A stretch of DNA of 64,000 bases from an uncultured bacterium (GTDB lineage: Bacteria > Krumholzibacteriota > Krumholzibacteriia > Krumholzibacteriales > Krumholzibacteriaceae), in contig CAWFAD010000011.1 of the NCBI GenBank assembly GCA_963813815.1, forward strand, positions 1,180 to 65,179, given 5' to 3'. The translations under genes were made by a program, and so were the position numbers. This document shows, in pieces, positions 40,905-53,018 of this stretch (position 1 is its first letter; every line of letters begins with the position of its first letter). The notes below the pieces were generated by a model. That model was not told the origin of the DNA. It saw only the letters and a list, made by a program, of their open reading frames with translations, and did no database searches.

Positions 40905-43631
40905 ATGGATTCGAAGGACAGCCTCTTCATCGTCGACGGACACGCGCTCGCGTACCGTGCGTACTTCGCCCTCATACGGAGCCCCCTCATCAACTCGCGG
41001 GGCGAGAACACGAGCGCCGCGTTCGGTTTCGCCCGCATGCTGCTGCTCCTCCTCAAGAAATACGAGCCGCGACGCCTCGCCGTCGTCTTCGACAGCGGCG
41101 AGGAAACGGACCGCCACCGCGAGTACGAGGAGTACAAGGCCACGCGCGAGGAGATGCCGGAAGAGATGGTGAGCGCGCTCCCGTGGATATTCGACATCGT
41201 CAGATCGCTCGGGGTGGCGATGATCATGCAGCCGGGAGTCGAGGCTGACGACCTCATCGCCACGCTCGCGCGAAGATCCGTCGCCGAGGGGCGCGAGGCC
41301 GTGATCGTGACCGGCGACAAGGATTTTCTCCAGCTTCTCTCGGATCACATCAAGATCATACGCCCCGAGAAGGGAACCGCCCTCGAAGAGGAGGTCGGCC
41401 CCGAGTACTGCCGCGAGCGCTGGGGGATCGAGCCGCGTCAGGTCGTCGATCTTCTCGCTCTCATGGGGGACGCCTCGGACAATATCCCCGGCGTCAAGGG
41501 GATCGGAGAAAAGACGGCCGTGAAGCTGCTCGCCGAGTTCCACTCGCTCGACGCGATTCTCGGGCGCCTCGACGAGGTGGAGCCCCCGAGCCTCCGCGAG
41601 AAGATCCGCGCCGGGCGCGAGAGCGCGCTCCTCTCGCGCGATCTCGTGACGCTTCGCGACGCGCCGCTCGATCTCTCGCCCGACGAGCTCGCCGTGTCGA
41701 AGCCGGACGAGGAGCGCCTCGTCGATCTCCTGCTCCGGCTCGAGTTTCATCAGCTCCTGAGGGAGCTCTCGCTCGGCGCGACGTCCGCGAGGGAATCCGC
41801 GAGCGACTACGCGGCGATCGGCGAGGACGGACTCGACGAGCTCGCCCGCACGCTCTCCTCGGCGCGGGAGCTCGTGTTCGACGTCGAGACGACCTCCGTC
41901 GATCCGATGCACGCGGATCTCGTTGGGATATCGTTCTCGGTCGAGGCGGAAAAGGCGCGCTACGTTCCCGTGGACTCGGGAGAGCGCCGCGCGCCGGCGG
42001 GCCTCCTCGACGAGGAGCCGCCCGCGGGCGGAATCCCGCTCGAGAGGGTGCGGGCCGCGCTCGGGGGGGTGTTCGCGAACAAGGGAATCGCGAAAATCGG
42101 GCACAACGTCAAGTACGACCTCCTCGTCCTCGAGCGGCACGGATTCGCCGTGCGCGGCGTTTCGTTCGATACGATGGTCGCCTCCTACGTGCTCGATCCG
42201 GAGCGGAGGTCCCATTCGCTCGACAATCTCTCGCTCGAGTTCACCCGCCACCGAAAGGTTCCCTACAACGAGCTCTTTGCGCCGAAGGATCGCGTGCGGG
42301 ATATCCGCACGGTGCCGCTCGCGCGGCTCGCCCAATACTCGTGCGAGGACGCGGACTATACGATGCGGCTGCGCCGCATCTTCGAACCGAGCCTCGTCTC
42401 GCTCGGTTTTGAACGCCTCTTTCACGAGATCGAAATGCCGCTCTGCCTCGTCCTCGCCCGGATGGAGCGCGAGGGGGTCGCGATCGACTCGGGGGCGCTC
42501 GGCGCCCTCTCGACGAAGCTCGCCGCGGACATCGAGGCCGCCGAGCGGCGCATATACGAAGCGGCGGGGGAGGAGTTCAACGTCAACTCGAGCCGCCAGC
42601 TCCAGCGAATTCTCTTCGAGAAGCTGGGGCTCCGGACGGCGCGTCGAACGAAGACCGGTTTCTCGACCGACGAGGACGTCCTCGGCGAGCTCGTTTCGCA
42701 GAACCCCATAGCGGGGCTCGTTCTCGAGCACCGGCAGCTCTCGAAGCTGCGGAGCACCTACGTCGAGGCGCTCCCGCGGCTCGTAAATCCCTCGACGGGG
42801 CGCATCCACACGTCGTTCAACCAGACGGTGACGGCGACGGGGCGCCTCTCGTCGAGCGAGCCCAATCTCCAGAATATCCCGATCCGCACCGAGCTCGGGC
42901 GGCGCATCCGCGCCGCTTTCGTGCCGCGCGCCGGCGGAACGCTTCTCGACGCCGATTACTCGCAGATCGAGCTCCGGATCGTGGCGCACCTTTCGCGGGA
43001 CGCGGGGTTCGTCGAGGCCTTTCGCGAGGGGGGCGACATTCACACGCGCACGGCGGCGCGGATTTACGACGTCCCCGAGTCGAGAGTGACCCCGGAGATG
43101 CGCGCGCGCGCCAAGACGACGAACTTCGGCGTCATCTACGGCATGGGGCCCCGCGGCCTCTCGAAGCAGCTCGATCTCTCGCTCGACGAGGCGAAGCGCT
43201 TCATCGACGAGTATTTCGAAAAATACCCGGGCGTCAAGGCGTTCATCGACCGCTCCATCGCCGAGGCTCGCAAACGCCGCTACGCCGAGACGCTGCTCGG
43301 CCGCCGGCGCCTCCTCCCCGAGATCGAGAGCGAGGATACGATGACGCGAAGCTTCGCCGAGCGCATCGCGATCAACACGCCGATTCAGGGAACGGCCGCC
43401 GACATGATCAAGATCGCGATGATCCGGATCGACGCTGAAATCTCCTCGCGCGCGCTCGCGAGCCGCATGATTCTGCAGGTCCACGACGAGCTCGTCTTCG
43501 ACGTTGCGGCGGGGGAGCGCGGCGAGATGGAGGAGATCGTCCGCTCGCGCATGGAAGGGGCCCTCGCGCTCGAGGTGCCGGTGCGCGTCGACATCGGAGC
43601 GGGCTCGAACTGGCTGGAGGCGCACCCGTGA
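40905..43631 (+). CDS. polA: DNA polymerase I
   Basis: 908 aa with 5'-3' exonuclease, 3'-5' exonuclease and polymerase domains (motif A DYSQIELR, motif C QVHDEL). Confidence 0.9.
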   Translation: MDSKDSLFIVDGHALAYRAYFALIRSPLINSRGENTSAAFGFARMLLLLLKKYEPRRLAVVFDSGEETDRHREYEEYKATREEMPEEMVSALPWIFDIVRSLGVAMIMQPGVEADDLIATLARRSVAEGREAVIVTGDKDFLQLLSDHIKIIRPEKGTALEEEVGPEYCRERWGIEPRQVVDLLALMGDASDNIPGVKGIGEKTAVKLLAEFHSLDAILGRLDEVEPPSLREKIRAGRESALLSRDLVTLRDAPLDLSPDELAVSKPDEERLVDLLLRLEFHQLLRELSLGATSARESASDYAAIGEDGLDELARTLSSARELVFDVETTSVDPMHADLVGISFSVEAEKARYVPVDSGERRAPAGLLDEEPPAGGIPLERVRAALGGVFANKGIAKIGHNVKYDLLVLERHGFAVRGVSFDTMVASYVLDPERRSHSLDNLSLEFTRHRKVPYNELFAPKDRVRDIRTVPLARLAQYSCEDADYTMRLRRIFEPSLVSLGFERLFHEIEMPLCLVLARMEREGVAIDSGALGALSTKLAADIEAAERRIYEAAGEEFNVNSSRQLQRILFEKLGLRTARRTKTGFSTDEDVLGELVSQNPIAGLVLEHRQLSKLRSTYVEALPRLVNPSTGRIHTSFNQTVTATGRLSSSEPNLQNIPIRTELGRRIRAAFVPRAGGTLLDADYSQIELRIVAHLSRDAGFVEAFREGGDIHTRTAARIYDVPESRVTPEMRARAKTTNFGVIYGMGPRGLSKQLDLSLDEAKRFIDEYFEKYPGVKAFIDRSIAEARKRRYAETLLGRRRLLPEIESEDTMTRSFAERIAINTPIQGTAADMIKIAMIRIDAEISSRALASRMILQVHDELVFDVAAGERGEMEEIVRSRMEGALALEVPVRVDIGAGSNWLEAHP

Positions 43632-44278
43632 AGAGACCGCCCGTCATAGGAGTCACGGGGCCCATCGCCTCGGGGAAGACGACCGTGGCCCGCGCGATTG
43701 CGGGCCGCCGCGGCGCCCTCGTCGACTGCGACTCGCTCGCCCACCGCGCGCTCGAGGACCCGCTCGTGAAATGGCGTGTCGTCGCCGCTTTCGGCGAGGG
43801 GATTCTCGGGCCCTCCGGGCGCGTCTCGCGGCGGCGCCTTCGAGGCGTCGTCTTCGGGAACGAACGCTCGCTCCGCAGGTTCAACCGCATCGTGCGGGCG
43901 CGGGTGCGGGCCATTATCGAGGCGGAAGTGAAACGCGAGAAGGGGCGGGCCGAGTATATTGTCCTTGATGCGGTGCTTCTTTTTCAGTATAAATTCAAAT
44001 TCGAAATAGACTTCGCCGTCGCGACCCGGGCCCCGGCAGCCGCGCGCCTCGCGCGGATCATAAAGCGGGACGGCGTTACGAGGGCCGAGGCCAAGCGAGT
44101 CATGGAGCGCCAAAAGGGTCTCGAGCGCGGCTGGGCGAAGGCCGACGCCGCGATAGACACCGGGGCGGCGCTCGCGGAAGTCAGACGGGAGGCACGGCGC
44201 CTCCGCGACGAATTTTTCGCGCGCCCCCCGGGCGCAAGGAGCGGATCATGGCGGACAAGCTCACGGGCCGCGAAATAG
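43628..44278 (+). CDS. coaE: dephospho-CoA kinase
   Basis: IGVTGPIASGKTT P-loop, about 216 aa, start overlapping the polA stop. Confidence 0.75.
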   Translation: MKRPPVIGVTGPIASGKTTVARAIAGRRGALVDCDSLAHRALEDPLVKWRVVAAFGEGILGPSGRVSRRRLRGVVFGNERSLRRFNRIVRARVRAIIEAEVKREKGRAEYIVLDAVLLFQYKFKFEIDFAVATRAPAAARLARIIKRDGVTRAEAKRVMERQKGLERGWAKADAAIDTGAALAEVRREARRLRDEFFARPPGARSGSWRTSSRAAK

Positions 44279-45367
44279 AAGAATCGCTCGACGCGATGGA
44301 GCAGCAGCTTACGGGGCTGCGTGAATATCTTTGACCCCGAGAAAATGCGGAGCGAGGTCGCCGGCATAGAGACCGAGATGGGCCGGACGGGCTTCTGGGA
44401 CGAGCGCGAACGCGCCGAGGAGTTCGTCTCGCGCCTCAAGGAGCTCAAGAGCAAGATCGAGCCGCTGCGCTCCGTCGAGCACGACATCAAACAGCTCCGG
44501 GAGCTCGCCGCCATGGCGGGAGGCTCGGATGACGCGGCCATGATAGCCGAGGTCAACGCCGAGCTCGCGGGTCTTCGCAAGCGTCTCGCGGATTTCGAGC
44601 TCAAGACGCTCCTCTCGGGCGAGCACGACCGCGGCAACGCCCTCCTGAACATCCATCCCGGCGCGGGAGGGACCGAGTCGCAGGACTGGGCCGAGATGCT
44701 TCTGCGTCTCTACCGCAAATACTTCGACGCGCACGGCTGGCAGTACCGGCTCCTCGACCTCCAGCCGGGGGACGAGGCGGGCATCAAGAACGCCACGGTC
44801 GAGATCACGGGCGACTACGCCTACGGCAAATTGAAATCCGAAAGCGGCATCCACCGGCTCGTCCGCATATCGCCCTTCGACGGGAACCAGCGGCGGCACA
44901 CCTCCTTCGTGTCGGTCTTCATCTATCCCGAGATCGGAGAAAAGATCGAGGTCGACATCAATCCGAACGACATCCGGGTGGACACCTACCGCGCGAGCGG
45001 CGCCGGGGGCCAGCACGTGAACAAAGTTTCGTCCGCCGTGCGCATCACGCATTTTCCGACCGGCATCGTCGTCCAGTGCCAGAATGAGCGCTCGCAGCAC
45101 AAGAACCGCGAGATGGCGATGAAGGTGCTGCGCTCGCGCATCTTCGCGAAGCTCCTCGAGGAAGAAGAGGTGCGCAAGGCCAAGATCACGGGCGAGAAGA
45201 AAGACATCTCGTGGGGCAACCAGATCCGGAGCTACGTCTTCCAGCCCTACACCCTCGTCAAGGACCACCGCACGGGCGTCGAGACCTCGAACGTGCAGGC
45301 GGTGATGGACGGGGACATAGACGATTTCATCGAGGGCTACCTCAAGTGGAAGGAGCGCGCACGCTGA
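44248..45367 (+). CDS. prfB: peptide chain release factor 2 (requires programmed +1 ribosomal frameshift at 44332)
   Basis: Frame 0 gives [28 protein letters not shown] then in-frame TGA at 44332 within the canonical CTT TGA C shift site. The +1 frame continues [13 protein letters not shown]... through GGQHVNK and SPF motifs to the stop at 45367. Confidence 0.85.
44329..44335 (+). promoter_or_regulatory. prfB autoregulatory +1 frameshift site (CTT TGA C)
   Basis: Exact match to the conserved RF2 recoding heptamer. Confidence 0.8.
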
Positions 45368-46866
45368 TGAGCGGCACCCCGACCCATCCGGGCGGCTCCG
45401 AGCGCGAGCAGCGCGCGGCCAAGGTCGCGCGGCTCCGCGAGCTCGGCGTCGTACCGTACGCGTATCGATTCGATCGCACCTGCGCGATCTCGGAGGCGAT
45501 CGCCCGCGAGGCGGAGCTCGCTCCGGCCGGCACACCCGTGTCGCTCGCCGGACGGGTCATGGCGCTCCGCGGCCACGGTCATACGTCTTTCGGGCACATC
45601 AAGGACGCCTCGGGGAAGCTCCAAATCTACATCCGCGACGACGAGGTCACGCCCCGTGATTTCGAGATCTTCCGGCTCATCGACATGGGGGACATCATCG
45701 GCGTGACGGGGCCGCTCTTCCGCACCAAGACGGGGGAGCTCACGATTCGCGTCAAGAGCTTCGAGATCCTCAGCAAGGCCGTCACCCCGCTCCCCGAGAA
45801 GTGGCACGGGCTGCAGGACAAGGAGCTTCGCTACCGGCGCCGCTACGTCGATCTCATCGTGAACGACGACGTGTTCGCCACCTTCGTCGCCCGCTCGCGC
45901 ATCGTCGAGGCGGTGCGGCGGTTTCTCCTCGCGAAGGGGTTCCTCGAGGTCGAGACGCCGGTGCTCCAGCCCATCTACGGCGGCGCGCTCGCGCGCCCGT
46001 TCGTCACGCACCACAACGCGCTCGACGTCGATCTCTACCTCCGCATCGCCGACGAGCTCTATTTGAAAAGGCTCATCGTGGGAGGAATGGAGCGGGTTTT
46101 CGAGTTCTCGAAAGATTTTCGGAACGAGGGGATGGACCGCTCGCATAACCCCGAGTTTACGATGCTCGAGTGCTACGCGGCCTACTGGGACTACACCGAC
46201 ATGATGAGCTTCGTCGAGGAGCTCTTCGGACTACTCGCGCGCGAGATCGCGGGCGGCCCCGAGATTACCTACGGCGAGCATACGCTGAACATCGCCCCGC
46301 CGTGGCGGCGGCTCGCCTACTACGAGGGCCTTCGCGAGGCCGTGGGGAGCGACGTCCGCGAGGCGGACGCGGCGGCCCTGCGGAAGATCGCCGTCGCGCA
46401 CGGGCTCGAAGCCGAGGGGTGCTTCTCCCGCGGGGATTTCCTCGACCTTCTCTTCGGCGAGCTCGTGGAACCCAAGCTCATACAGCCCACGATCGTCATG
46501 GACTACCCGATAGAGATATCGCCGCTCGCCAAGCGCCACCGCTCGGAGGCCGGACTCGTCGAGCGGTTCGAGCCCTACATCGCGGGGTACGAGGTGGGGA
46601 ACGCCTTCAGCGAGCTCAGCGACCCCGTCGACCAGCGCGAGCGCTTCGAGGCGATCGCGAAGCTCTGGGACGGGGGCGCGCGGGAGACGCATCCGGTGGA
46701 TGAGGACTACATCCGGGCCCTCGAGTACGGCATGCCGCCCACGGGCGGGCTCGGAATCGGGATCGACCGGCTCGTCATGCTTCTCACGAACTCCCCGAGC
46801 ATCCGCGACGTGATCCTCTTCCCGCAGATGCGGCCCGAAGAGGGACGAAGCGGGGCCGGAGAATGA
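45367..46866 (+). CDS. lysS: lysyl-tRNA synthetase (class II)
   Basis: ATG at 45367 overlapping the prfB stop (TGATG). Class II motifs (FRNEG, GGLGIGIDRLVM). Conserved prfB-lysS linkage. Confidence 0.9.
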   Translation: MSGTPTHPGGSEREQRAAKVARLRELGVVPYAYRFDRTCAISEAIAREAELAPAGTPVSLAGRVMALRGHGHTSFGHIKDASGKLQIYIRDDEVTPRDFEIFRLIDMGDIIGVTGPLFRTKTGELTIRVKSFEILSKAVTPLPEKWHGLQDKELRYRRRYVDLIVNDDVFATFVARSRIVEAVRRFLLAKGFLEVETPVLQPIYGGALARPFVTHHNALDVDLYLRIADELYLKRLIVGGMERVFEFSKDFRNEGMDRSHNPEFTMLECYAAYWDYTDMMSFVEELFGLLAREIAGGPEITYGEHTLNIAPPWRRLAYYEGLREAVGSDVREADAAALRKIAVAHGLEAEGCFSRGDFLDLLFGELVEPKLIQPTIVMDYPIEISPLAKRHRSEAGLVERFEPYIAGYEVGNAFSELSDPVDQRERFEAIAKLWDGGARETHPVDEDYIRALEYGMPPTGGLGIGIDRLVMLLTNSPSIRDVILFPQMRPEEGRSGAGE

Positions 46867-48128
46867 GGCAGATGCATTACTCGCTCTCCATCGCGCTCAA
46901 GTATCTCAGAACCAAGCGGCGCGGGGGATTTCTCTCTCGCGTCACGGCGATCGCCATCGTCGGCACGCTCGTCGGGGTCGCGACCCTCATCATCGTTCTC
47001 TCCCTCATGAACGGGTTCACGAACGAGCTGCGCAACCGCATCGTCGAGTTCAACACGCACGTGCTCGTCTTCGCGCGCACGCCCGAGGCGTGGGCCAATG
47101 TCGACTCGGTCGCCGCGCGGGTCGCCGAGGTCCCCGGGGTCGTGGCCACGGCGCCCTTCGTGCGGGCCGAGGCGCTCGTCTTTTACGACGTCGTGCCCGG
47201 CGTGCGGGTCAAGACCAAGGGGGTCATCGTCAAGGGGCTCGATCTCGAGCGCGAGAGAGCCGTCTCGACGGTGATCGACTCGCTCCAGCCGCCCATCACG
47301 TCGTTTACGGCGGAGGGGTTCGACGACGGCAAGGACGTGCCCGGGATCGTTCTCGGCAAGGACCTCGCCGACGATCTCCTCGTCTATCCGGGCGAGGTCA
47401 TGACGCTCGTCACGGCCCCCTCGGAGATGCGGCTCGGCAAGGTCGAGCCCCGTACGCAGGAGTTCCGGATGATCGGATACTTCAAGACGGGGGTGTACGA
47501 GTTCGACTCGCGCTTCGTCTACCTCGACATCCGCGACGCCGAGCGTTTTTTCGACTTCGAGTCGGCGACGCGCGGGCTCGGCGTCCGCGTGCGCGACATT
47601 TACAGCGCCGACCGCGTGGACGAGGCGATCATGGACCTTCTCCAGAACCCGTCCTACAGCACGAACAACTGGATCCTCCTCAACAGGAACCTCTTCAGCT
47701 ACATCAAGGTCGAGAAGATCTTGATGTTCCTGCTGCTCGCCCTCATCATCCTCGTCGCGGCTTTCAACCTCATCGCCATGCTCACGATGGTCATCATGGA
47801 GAAGCGGAGCGAGATCGGCATCCTGCGCTCGATGGGGGCGTCGTCGCGGGGCGTGATGTCGATCTTCATGCTGCAGGGGAGTTTCATCGGCGGGGTGGGA
47901 ACGGCGCTCGGGGTCGCCGTGGGGCTCGTGGTTTGCGGCGTGCTCGCCAAGGTTCACATCGACCTCCCAGCGGACGTTTATTTCATAAATACGCTGCCGG
48001 TCCTCGTTAAATGGACCGACGTCGTCATGGTGAGCGTCGCGTCGCTCGTAATCTGCTTCGGCGCGACGCTGTACCCGAGCTGGGAGGCCTGCCGCATCCC
48101 GCCGCTCGAGGCGATAAAGTATGATTGA
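46863..48128 (+). CDS. lipoprotein-releasing system permease (LolC/LolE family, FtsX-like)
   Basis: 421 aa. N-terminal TM, large periplasmic loop, three C-terminal TM helices. Followed by an ATPase gene. Confidence 0.7.
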   Translation: MRQMHYSLSIALKYLRTKRRGGFLSRVTAIAIVGTLVGVATLIIVLSLMNGFTNELRNRIVEFNTHVLVFARTPEAWANVDSVAARVAEVPGVVATAPFVRAEALVFYDVVPGVRVKTKGVIVKGLDLERERAVSTVIDSLQPPITSFTAEGFDDGKDVPGIVLGKDLADDLLVYPGEVMTLVTAPSEMRLGKVEPRTQEFRMIGYFKTGVYEFDSRFVYLDIRDAERFFDFESATRGLGVRVRDIYSADRVDEAIMDLLQNPSYSTNNWILLNRNLFSYIKVEKILMFLLLALIILVAAFNLIAMLTMVIMEKRSEIGILRSMGASSRGVMSIFMLQGSFIGGVGTALGVAVGLVVCGVLAKVHIDLPADVYFINTLPVLVKWTDVVMVSVASLVICFGATLYPSWEACRIPPLEAIKYD

Positions 48129-48200
48129 TTCTATGCGATATACATACGCCGCATACGGCGAAATAGGACGGCTTGCATTGCGGCCGCTCCCGAGGTTATA

Positions 48201-48894
<694 letters not shown>

Positions 48895-48914
<20 letters not shown>

Positions 48915-49431
48915 AAAACGCGAGGCGACGATCCACGTCACGAACGCGGAAGGGTCGAAGGTCCGCGCGATCCATATCTGCCGCGAGTGCGCCGAGGAGC
49001 GCGGCTTCGACGAGCTCAAGAAGAGCAACTTCGCGATGAACGACTTTATCGCGGGGCTCTTCGACTCGGCCTTCGCCGCGGTCGAAAAGGGCGAGACGGG
49101 GGACGCCTGCCCCAACTGCGGGACGAGCTACTCGGCCTTTCAGGACGTGGGGCGCCTCGGTTGCTCGCAGTGCTACGAGTTTTTTCAGAAGCAGCTCCTG
49201 CCGCTGCTGCGCAGCATTCACGGCAACACGCGGCACGTCGGAAAGATCCCGCAGCGATACGGCCAGCAGGTGAGCCGCCGCCGCAAGGTTCGAAAGCTTC
49301 AGGAGGAGCTCGAGCTCGCCATCCAGCTCGAGCAGTTCGAGCGAGCCGCCGAGCTCCGCGACGAGATTCGCAAGCTCGCCGAGCCCGAAAAGGGGGAGGA
49401 GAAGCCGTGTCGCCGCTCGACGAGCTCATAG
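48895..49431 (+). CDS. mcsA: McsA-like UVR-domain zinc-finger protein (protein arginine kinase activator)
   Basis: Four CxxC pairs (CHIC, CREC, CPNC, CSQC) followed by a UVR motif (EQFERAAELRDEIRKL). Start overlaps the lolD end by 20 nt. Confidence 0.6.
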
Positions 49432-50468
49432 CGAAGCCGAGCCGCTGGCTTTCGGGCGACGGCGAAGAGGCGGAGCTCGTGCTCTCGAGCCGGGTGCGCC
49501 TCGCGCGGAACCTCGAGCGGCGTCCCTTCACGCACGGCGCCACCCCCGAGGTGCTGGCGGAGATTCGAGGCGAGACGGCCGGGGCGCTCTCGAGCTGCCC
49601 GACGCTCGCCGGGGCGATGAGCTTCGACATCGAGACGCTCGACGATCAGGAACGCTGGCTGCTGGCCGAGCGGCGGCTCATAAGCCGCGAGATGGCCAAA
49701 AACCACCGCAACCGCGCCCTCTTCGTCCAGCGCGCCGAGGATCTCGGCGTCATGGTGAACGAGGAAGACCACCTCCGGCTCCAATCCTTCGAGCCGGGGC
49801 TCGCCCTCGGGGCCGCCTTCGAGCGGCTCATGGCGCTCGACAACGAGCTCGACGAGCGGCTCTGCTACGCGTATTCGGACGAGCTCGGATATCTCACCGC
49901 CTGCCCGACGAACGTGGGCACGGGGCTTCGGGTGTCGGCCATGGTGCACCTGCCGGGGCTCGTTCACAACAAGGACATAGGGCAGGTGCTCGAGGGACTT
50001 CGCAATATCCGCCTCACCGTGCGGGGCATCTACGGCGAGGGGAGCGACATCATCGGCAACTTCTTTCAGGTCTCGAACAGCATCACCCTCGGGCTATCCG
50101 AGGAGGATACCGTGAAGAACCTCGAGGGGCACGTCCGCAAGGTCATAGAATTCGAGAAAAAAGCCCGCGAGGTGCTTCTCCGCAAGGCACGGAGTTTGCT
50201 CGAAGACAAGATTTGGAGGGCCTACGGCATCCTCAGAACGGCGCGCCTTGTAAATTCAAAAGAGGCAATGAGTTTGATATCGGCCGTTCGTCTCGGGATC
50301 GGGCTCGGTGTCATAACCGATCTCAGGCTTTCCATTTTGAACGAGCTTTTCATCATGATTCAGCCGAGGCATCTCGAGAGGCTCCACGGGAGGGCGCTCA
50401 AGGCGGAGGAGAGGGACAGGGCGAGGGCCGATTACATCCGAGAAAAGCTCGGCGGTACGGTTGCATAA
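49407..50468 (+). CDS. mcsB: protein arginine kinase McsB (ATP:guanido phosphotransferase family)
   Basis: GTG at 49407. Conserved CPTNVGTGLR phosphagen-kinase active-site motif. Confidence 0.75.
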   Translation: MSPLDELIAKPSRWLSGDGEEAELVLSSRVRLARNLERRPFTHGATPEVLAEIRGETAGALSSCPTLAGAMSFDIETLDDQERWLLAERRLISREMAKNHRNRALFVQRAEDLGVMVNEEDHLRLQSFEPGLALGAAFERLMALDNELDERLCYAYSDELGYLTACPTNVGTGLRVSAMVHLPGLVHNKDIGQVLEGLRNIRLTVRGIYGEGSDIIGNFFQVSNSITLGLSEEDTVKNLEGHVRKVIEFEKKAREVLLRKARSLLEDKIWRAYGILRTARLVNSKEAMSLISAVRLGIGLGVITDLRLSILNELFIMIQPRHLERLHGRALKAEERDRARADYIREKLGGTVA

Positions 50469-50512
50469 CGCATTATTTAGCAATACTTAAGAAAGGACGC
50501 TGAAAGCGCCGT

Positions 50513-52975
50513 ATGAACGACAAATTCACCGAACGGGTGCGAAAGGTAATTTATCTCGCGCGGGACGAGGCGAACCGGCTCCAGCACGAGTACATCGGCA
50601 CCGAGCACTTGCTTCTCGGAATTCTCCGTCTCGGCGAAGGGATAGCGGCCGAGGTTCTCGCGCGCCTCGAGGTCGACCCCGAGCAGATACAGCAGGCGAT
50701 CGAGAACATGGTCAAGGCCTCGGGCGGCACGCTCACCGTGGGCGAGATCCCGCTCACCCCGCGCGCGAAGCGCGTGCTCGAGCTCGCCGTCGAGGAAGCG
50801 CGGCTTCTCAGCCACAACTACGTCGGCACCGAGCACCTGCTCCTCGGCCTCATCCGCGAGGGCGAAGGGGTCGCGGCGCGAGTGCTTCTCGAGCTCGGCG
50901 TCGATCGCAAGCGCGTGCGCGAGGAGATCATGAAGAGCCTCGCCCGGAGCGGCGGCGCCCCCGGCTCGAAGCAGCGGGGCGGGCGCGGCAGCAAGCCCGA
51001 GACCTCGACGCTCGATCAGTTCGGACGCGACCTCACCCAGCACGCCCGCGACGGAAAGCTCGATCCCATCATCGGGAGAGATCAGGAGATTCACCGGGTC
51101 GTGCAGATCCTCTGCCGGCGCAAGAAGAACAACCCCGTCCTCATCGGCGAGCCGGGCGTGGGGAAAACGGCGATCGTCGAGGGCCTCGCCCAGCGGATCG
51201 TCGAGGGCAAGGTGCCGGAGCTGCTGCGGGATAAGCGCATCACGACCCTCGACCTCGCCTCGATTGTCGCGGGCACCAAGTACCGCGGCCAGTTCGAGGA
51301 GCGCCTCAAGACGATCATCAACGAGATCCGCGAGAACGACCAGGTCATCATCTTCATCGACGAGATTCATACGATCGTGGGAGCCGGCGGGGCCGAGGGC
51401 GCCATCGACGCCTCCAACATGCTGAAGCCGGCGCTCGCGCGGGGCGAGATCCAGTGCATCGGAGCGACGACGCTCGACGAGTACCGCAAGCACATCGAAA
51501 AGGACGGCGCCCTCGAGCGGCGTTTTCAGCCCATTATCATCAATCCGCCCTCCGAGGACGAGACCGTGCGCATCATACGGGGGCTTCGCGACAAGTACGA
51601 GGCGCACCACCGCACGAAGTACACGGACGGGGCCATCCGGCAGGCCGTCTATCTCTCGCAGCGCTACATACAGGGACGCTTTCTCCCCGACAAGGCCATC
51701 GACGTGATCGACGAGGCGGGCGCCCGGGCGCGCCTCTCGATGACGACCGTGCCCGAGGGGCTCCGCGATCTCGAGCGAAAGAGCGAGGATATCTCGAAGG
51801 AAAAGGAATCCGCCATTCACGCGCAGGAGTTCGAGAAGGCGGCGAGCTACCGGGACGAGGAAAAGGAAATAAAGAAGCGCATACTCGAGGTTCAGAAGGA
51901 GTGGAACGAGACCCGGCAGGAGAGCGAATCGAGCGTCACGGAGCGCGAGATAGCTGTCGTGATCTCCGATATGACGGGAATCCCCGTTTCCGAGGTTCAG
52001 GAAGAGGAGACGGAGAAGCTCCTCCACCTCGAGGACGAGCTGCGCAAGCGCGTCATCGGTCAGGAAGAGGCCTTGAAGGCGATCGCGACGGCCGTGCGGC
52101 GCAACCGCGCGGGGCTTCGCGATCCGCGGCGTCCTATCGGCTCTTTCTTCTTCCTCGGGCCGACGGGCGTCGGTAAGACGGAGCTCGCCCGCGCCATCTC
52201 GGCGATACTCTTCGAGAGCGAAGAGGCGATGCTCCGCATCGACATGTCGGAGTACATGGAGAAGTTCGCCATCTCGCGCCTCATCGGCGCGCCGCCGGGA
52301 TACGTGGGATACGAGGAGGGCGGCCAGCTCACCGAGAAGGTGCGGCGGAAGCCCTACTCCGTGGTGCTGCTCGACGAGATCGAGAAGGCGCATCCCGACG
52401 TCTTCAACCTCCTGCTCCAGATACTCGAGGAGGGGTGCCTCACCGATAGCTTCGGGCGGCGGGTGGATTTCAAGAACACGGTGCTCATCATGACCTCGAA
52501 CGTCGGGGCCAAAGAGATAAAGGGCAAGAAGGGGATGGGGTTCATCTCCGAGGACAGCGACGCGGGCTACCAGCAGATGAAAGCGCGCGTGCTGGACGAG
52601 CTGCGCAAGGTCTTCAACCCCGAGTTCCTGAACCGTCTCGACGAGATCATCGTCTTCCGCCAGCTCGAAAAGACCGATCTCATCAAGATCATCGACATCC
52701 TCCTCAAGGACCTCTACAAGCGGCTCGTGTCGCAGAAGATCGAGTTCGAGATCACGGAGGGTGCGCGCGAGTTCATACTGGAGAAGGGGTACAACCCCGA
52801 GCACGGCGCGCGGCCCCTGAAGCGAGCCATCCAGAAGTACCTCGAGGATCCCCTCAGCGAAAAGCTCCTCTCGGGCGAGTTCACGCGGAACGATCAGCTC
52901 CGCATCACGTACGAGCCGGGAGCGCCGAGCCTCGTCTTCGCGGCGGTGAAAAAGGTGGGGGAGAACCTCAAGTAG
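50513..52975 (+). CDS. clpC: ATP-dependent Clp protease ATP-binding subunit ClpC
   Basis: 820 aa. Duplicated Clp-N repeats, two AAA+ modules ([16 protein letters not shown]), and a UVR-like middle-domain coiled coil. Confidence 0.9.
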   Translation: MNDKFTERVRKVIYLARDEANRLQHEYIGTEHLLLGILRLGEGIAAEVLARLEVDPEQIQQAIENMVKASGGTLTVGEIPLTPRAKRVLELAVEEARLLSHNYVGTEHLLLGLIREGEGVAARVLLELGVDRKRVREEIMKSLARSGGAPGSKQRGGRGSKPETSTLDQFGRDLTQHARDGKLDPIIGRDQEIHRVVQILCRRKKNNPVLIGEPGVGKTAIVEGLAQRIVEGKVPELLRDKRITTLDLASIVAGTKYRGQFEERLKTIINEIRENDQVIIFIDEIHTIVGAGGAEGAIDASNMLKPALARGEIQCIGATTLDEYRKHIEKDGALERRFQPIIINPPSEDETVRIIRGLRDKYEAHHRTKYTDGAIRQAVYLSQRYIQGRFLPDKAIDVIDEAGARARLSMTTVPEGLRDLERKSEDISKEKESAIHAQEFEKAASYRDEEKEIKKRILEVQKEWNETRQESESSVTEREIAVVISDMTGIPVSEVQEEETEKLLHLEDELRKRVIGQEEALKAIATAVRRNRAGLRDPRRPIGSFFFLGPTGVGKTELARAISAILFESEEAMLRIDMSEYMEKFAISRLIGAPPGYVGYEEGGQLTEKVRRKPYSVVLLDEIEKAHPDVFNLLLQILEEGCLTDSFGRRVDFKNTVLIMTSNVGAKEIKGKKGMGFISEDSDAGYQQMKARVLDELRKVFNPEFLNRLDEIIVFRQLEKTDLIKIIDILLKDLYKRLVSQKIEFEITEGAREFILEKGYNPEHGARPLKRAIQKYLEDPLSEKLLSGEFTRNDQLRITYEPGAPSLVFAAVKKVGENLK

Positions 52976-52977
52976 GG

Positions 52978-53018
52978 CCGAGCGTCAAACATATTTGACG
53001 TATTCTCGGCTCGAGATC
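52978..53018 (+). terminator. stem-loop downstream of clpC (GGCCGAGCGTCAAACATATTTGACG...CTCGGCTC, nested palindrome GTCAAA-CATA-TTTGAC)
   Basis: Inverted repeats read directly from the sequence. No strong T-tract follows. Confidence 0.3.

Noticed and set aside
40161-43625. 1154-aa minus-strand ORF opposite polA, and 50477..52804 (-) opposite clpC, 46707..48494 (-) opposite lol genes, 36345..37808 (-) opposite rimO
   Set aside because: Same pattern: antisense to well-supported genes with low-complexity translations.
43960-44020. AT-rich patch inside coaE (TTTTTCAGTATAAATTCAAATTCGAAATAGAC)
   Set aside because: It encodes a plausible in-frame peptide (LFQYKFKFEIDF) within the gene. There is no evidence of an insertion or promoter.
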